A stretch of 64,000 nucleotides of DNA from Marsupella aquatica (Eukaryota; Plantae; Marchantiophyta). Location: NCBI GenBank assembly GCA_973895155.1, contig OZ316897.1, positions 21,861,455-21,925,454 of the forward strand. The letters run 5' to 3'. A model generated the notes under the pieces. It did not search any database. It had not been told where the DNA came from and was given only the letters and a program-made list of their open reading frames with translations. The translations under genes were made by a program, and so were the position numbers. The stretch's first letter is position 1. Each line of letters starts with the position of its first letter. This document shows, piece after piece, positions 60,186 to 64,000 of the stretch.

Positions 60186-63100
60186 ACAGGAATCACTCGG
60201 CCGGTTAAGTGGGTAAAGCAGGAAGGCACCCTAGGAACACCTTAGTATAGTGACAAAACAAGGAAAATATAAACAATTAGGGGCAACCATGGAACCCGGG
60301 CAGAGGCCGGAGGTAAGGCTGAGGGTGAAAACCCGATTAGGGTTAGGGCGCGTTAAGCGTCGGCGGCTAGGAAGGATCAACGGGAAGAACGACCGGCAGA
60401 GGAGAGGGGTAAGGAGCGCTTGCAGGAGATGGTGGCTCATTTGCGAGCACGAACTAGGCAGACGACTACGGGAGGCCAACTACTGTCAGCTGCTTAGGCA
60501 AGCACTCGGGGAGAGAGTAGATACCGACGATCGACCTAAGGAGGGTATGAGCAACGTCAATCAAGCGGCACATTTCTGGGGATGCCTGTTCGAACGGGCA
60601 ACTGAGTACATCAAGACTTACGAGACGAGGAGTCAGAAAGGGCAGCTCGAGAACGGCAGGAGCTCGCTCGATTGTGGGAGCTGCACAAGACGGCTTTCTT
60701 AGGAGGCGAACTCATCAAGGACGAGTTCCTGTGGACGCCTACTTCCAATCAACTCGACGATCTTCTGTTTTGCAAAGACAGCGTCGTCGGCATCCGAGAG
60801 GCCATCAAGAACTGCAACGACATACACTGGGAATTAAAGGGTAGCACGGAAAGGTGGACCCAGGCAACGGTGCTAGGAGAAACCTCCACGGCAGCAGAGA
60901 TGAAGAGGAAGGGAGCCGTCAACGATGAAGCCACCCCGGCAAAAAGAACGAGGTCGGCGGCACCAAAGAAGCCAGCCGAGCAGCAGAGCAGGAGGCAGGG
61001 AGAAGCCGAAGAGGAGGAGGTCGATCCCATCAAGGCCATTCCAACCAGGGATGACACCTGGAAGGGCTGGGCGGCAACCCTACCGGTGGAGGTGCAACTA
61101 CATTTTGCACGGGAGGAGGATGCATGCTTTACGGCCATGCAGACCAAGAAGTACCAAGGCTTCATGGCCGGATCCGGCTTGGAGGCCTTTGTAAGATTAC
61201 CATGGCTGAAGCCGGAGGTACCGGAGTCAGACCTATTAGAATTCGTGGGGTCATGGGAACCCGAGACCAATTGCACGAGGATATATGGGAAGGATTTCTA
61301 TCTTACTCCCAAGGTGATTGCCGAAGTGTTTGGCTTGCCGATGGGCAATAAGACCAAAGTTGATACCAGGAAGACCTTGCCTGACAAGGAGTTCCGGTCG
61401 TTCCCCGGGCCATCAACGAAGAATGGCTTCTTCCGGAACACCTGCACCAACCCGCACATAGGAGAGATGATCGACTTCTTGCGGGTGACCATGCATTGTA
61501 ACTTACCGAGGGCAGAGATCGGCAAGGCACAGGTCTATCTGGCAGAAAGGCCAGACCCAAGCCGGGACTACAACGGGTACCTCCTCAACCAATTGAAGAA
61601 GATCTTAAAGGAGGAGCAGCAGGTAATCGGCATGGGGAGCGTGTCGCGGCTTGGCTATCACATGCCGCTGTTGTGCCGGTATGCCAGAGGTCAGACTTTT
61701 GCCCCGGTACTTCCCCTGCAGGTAAGGGCACCCGAGGAAGCTCCAACACCGAGGCCGTTGGCTGAGAAGCCTCAACCACCTGTTAGTCCTACGATCGAGC
61801 AGGTGTTTAGGCCCAGGAAGGAAGACTTGCCGATGCAGCAACCAGGCATGCAGAGTCTGCTGAAACTACTGGAGAAAGAAAAGAAATCGGCATCGGCAAC
61901 AACAACGGCAACGGCAACAATGCAGGACACTACTACAGAGGTAGGCCTACACCGGCTCACAAGAGAAAACCCCTTTGCTGGAGACAAGGAGAGAATCAGG
62001 CCGGAATCCAAGCCAGGTGTTCGAACGTACGTGGGAACCTCAAGCTCCGAATCTGAGGCAGAATTGCCTGAAGCTCCTACCGACGAAGAGGAGAGGGAGA
62101 AGCCGGACGTCCAAGAGGTAGAGGAGGCAGTGGAGGACTGCAGCCATGATAATTCCGGCTATGGGTCGGACCATCACGTTCCAGGAGTAAGGACCTGTGG
62201 CCGGTTTGTCCCCACACTTCCAAGGGTAGTGCGAGGGGACCCCAACCAGCAGAGTAGCCCTGAGTCTCCCCCACCAGATGTTGCTCCCCCGAGCTTCGAC
62301 GGCATAAAACAGACGGTGCAGGAATTTCAAGAGCGAATCAAGCAGGAGGAAGAGGCCGCCCTGGCTAAGGAAAAGGATTTACCAGGAGGAGATTGGCCGG
62401 AGGACATCAGGCGGCTAGCCGAAAAAGGAAGCAAACCTCTAGCCACGATTGAAGAGATCCGCAGGACGGCTTGGGAGCAGAGGCCACGATGGGCGATGCC
62501 GATCACTTCTACTTACTCCACCTACGCTAAGAATAGAGCCATGGAGTATGGTGAGATGTGTGGGGAACTTGCGCTCGGCATCTTTGGAGAGGAGTTGGAG
62601 GTAGGACCCTTTTTCCATAGGGAGCAGTTGGAGAAGCACCAATTAGAAGAAGCGGTGGCTTTAGAGAGAAGCAAGAAGGACGAGGTCATTCGGCGGCTTA
62701 GGAGGATGGGAGCCGAGATTGAAGATCTAAGGGCGGCCAAGAAAGCCCAAGATGAACTGCGGATTAAACGACATGAGCTGAACATCATGCAGGGGCAGTT
62801 GGACGCCGCGTAGGCTGATAATCAGAATATCAAGGATAAACTGACTCAGACGCAGGAAGAGTTGGCCGACACGATCAAAGAGAGGGAAAAGTGGAAGCAA
62901 GAGCTGAAGAATACAGAGGAGGCCCACATAACAGCCAACAGCCAGGCCATGGCGGAGACCCAAAGAAAGGAATGGGCGTTGAAAGGGGAGCTCGAGAAAA
63001 TCCGCGGAGCCCTTGAGCAGAAGGAGGTCGAGTTAGGGAAATCCTATCAAGGGATTATGGCGCTGCAGCAGGAGCTTGCGTCCCTGACGGTCAGCTTCAA

Positions 63101-64000
63101 GGCCGACCTAAGGGAGAAGGACGAGATGCTCGAACAGACTTACGCCAAGATGAACCAGATGGAGTCTGTCATCATTGCAGAGCTCGACAAGGAGCTAAGA
63201 GCAACCCAGGAGGAGAGGGCTACCTTGAAGAAGGAATTGGAGGAAGCCCACAGGGAGCAGGAGGAGGCCAAAAACGAGCTGGAGGGGGCACGTAAGGACC
63301 TGGATGAAACCCAAGAGGAGTTGGAGGAAATCACGAGGAAGATGGAGAACCTACAGCGGCGGGCCGACAACCAAACAGAGCGGCTGAAGAAACAAGTCGC
63401 AGTATTTAAATGCTTAGCTGCAGCAGGTCCATCTCCCGTTGGGACAAACCAGTTACCAGGGGTGGTAATTGCCGAAGGACAAGCCGCATCAACTGCACCA
63501 GTGCCGGAAGTAAGTGGGAAGGGGAAGGGACCAGCTGCCGAGCCACCAACGAAGAAGAAGCGGAAACCTCCAGGGTCAAGGAGTAATACGACTTCACAGG
63601 CCGTGGTGATCAAGGAGGTAGACCCAGCACCGACCCCAGACAGGGTCACGGCTAAGGATCCAACTACCCTAGGGGAAGGGGAGGCCGAAGCCGTGGGAGT
63701 GGCTGAGGCCGAAGCCGTGGGTATTGCCGAGGCCGGTGTCGAGGCTGAAGCCGAAGGTGGACCCAGTCAGGCCGATGGAGAGTTGACTCGGTCAAGGGCA
63801 GGTAATCTGTTAGTAGGCGGGCCAACGGCAGTGGCTGAGGAGGAAGTGTTGGGGGCGTCCATTGAGGATCCACCACCGGTGTCGTGACGGTGCAAGGGCG
63901 CCGTTCCTTTTAGGGAGGGCGGACGTGGAGGGAGGAGGCGTGAGTGGGCAGGGCGGGCACGGATCTCCACGTTTAGGATTAGGATCAGAACCAGGAGCGG
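60174..64000 (+). repeat. 3' LTR of gypsy C (truncated by the window end)
   Basis: Matches the 5' LTR, with about 8 differences seen by eye. Confidence 0.95.
60250..63887 (+). pseudogene. 3'-LTR copy of the LTR protein, with a 1-bp deletion near 60624 and CAG>TAG at 62811
   Basis: Direct comparison with 49390-53028. Confidence 0.88.

Larger units (their letters stand above)
49314..64000 (+). mobile_element. Ty3/gypsy LTR retrotransposon C (non-chromovirus) with protein-coding LTRs; runs off the window
   Basis: 5' LTR 49314-53949, PBS, gag-PR, RT-RH-INT, PPT, and a 3' LTR from 60174. Expected TSD is GCGTA; the right end is not visible. Confidence 0.95.

Overview
This is eukaryotic, transposon-dense DNA. 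It is most likely a non-seed land plant such as a liverwort, inferred from the plant-type tRNA primer sites, the retroelement lineages and the GT-AG introns. About 80% of the window is retrotransposon, and most boundaries are fixed by target-site duplications (TSDs). The nested stack is as follows. Ty1/copia element A (2329-34112, minus, TSD GTTCC) has its 3' LTR split by a Ty3/gypsy solo LTR (2365-27611, TSD ATAAA). That solo LTR holds an L1 LINE (5060-12492, 16-bp TSD) and a non-autonomous TIR element (14226-27336, TSD TATT). The TIR element in turn holds intact gypsy element B (14445-26912, TSD CTATT). After the stack come a small copia D with TG...TA ends (34386-39325), a fungal-like secreted Cys-rich protein gene, a spliced RAD5/16-like SNF2-RING gene, and gypsy element C (49314 to beyond 64000). 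The main highlight is element C. Its 4.6-kb LTRs each carry a ~1200-aa sense ORF, and it has a textbook -1 frameshift cassette (G_GAU_UUU plus a stem/pseudoknot) between protease and RT, next to a central copy of its PPT. The globular domain of the LTR protein also appears upstream of the SNF2 helicase exons in the neighbouring gene. Copia A carries an antisense ORF with an RNase H1-type RNA:DNA hybrid-binding domain. All domain calls come from motif recognition by eye; no database searches were run.
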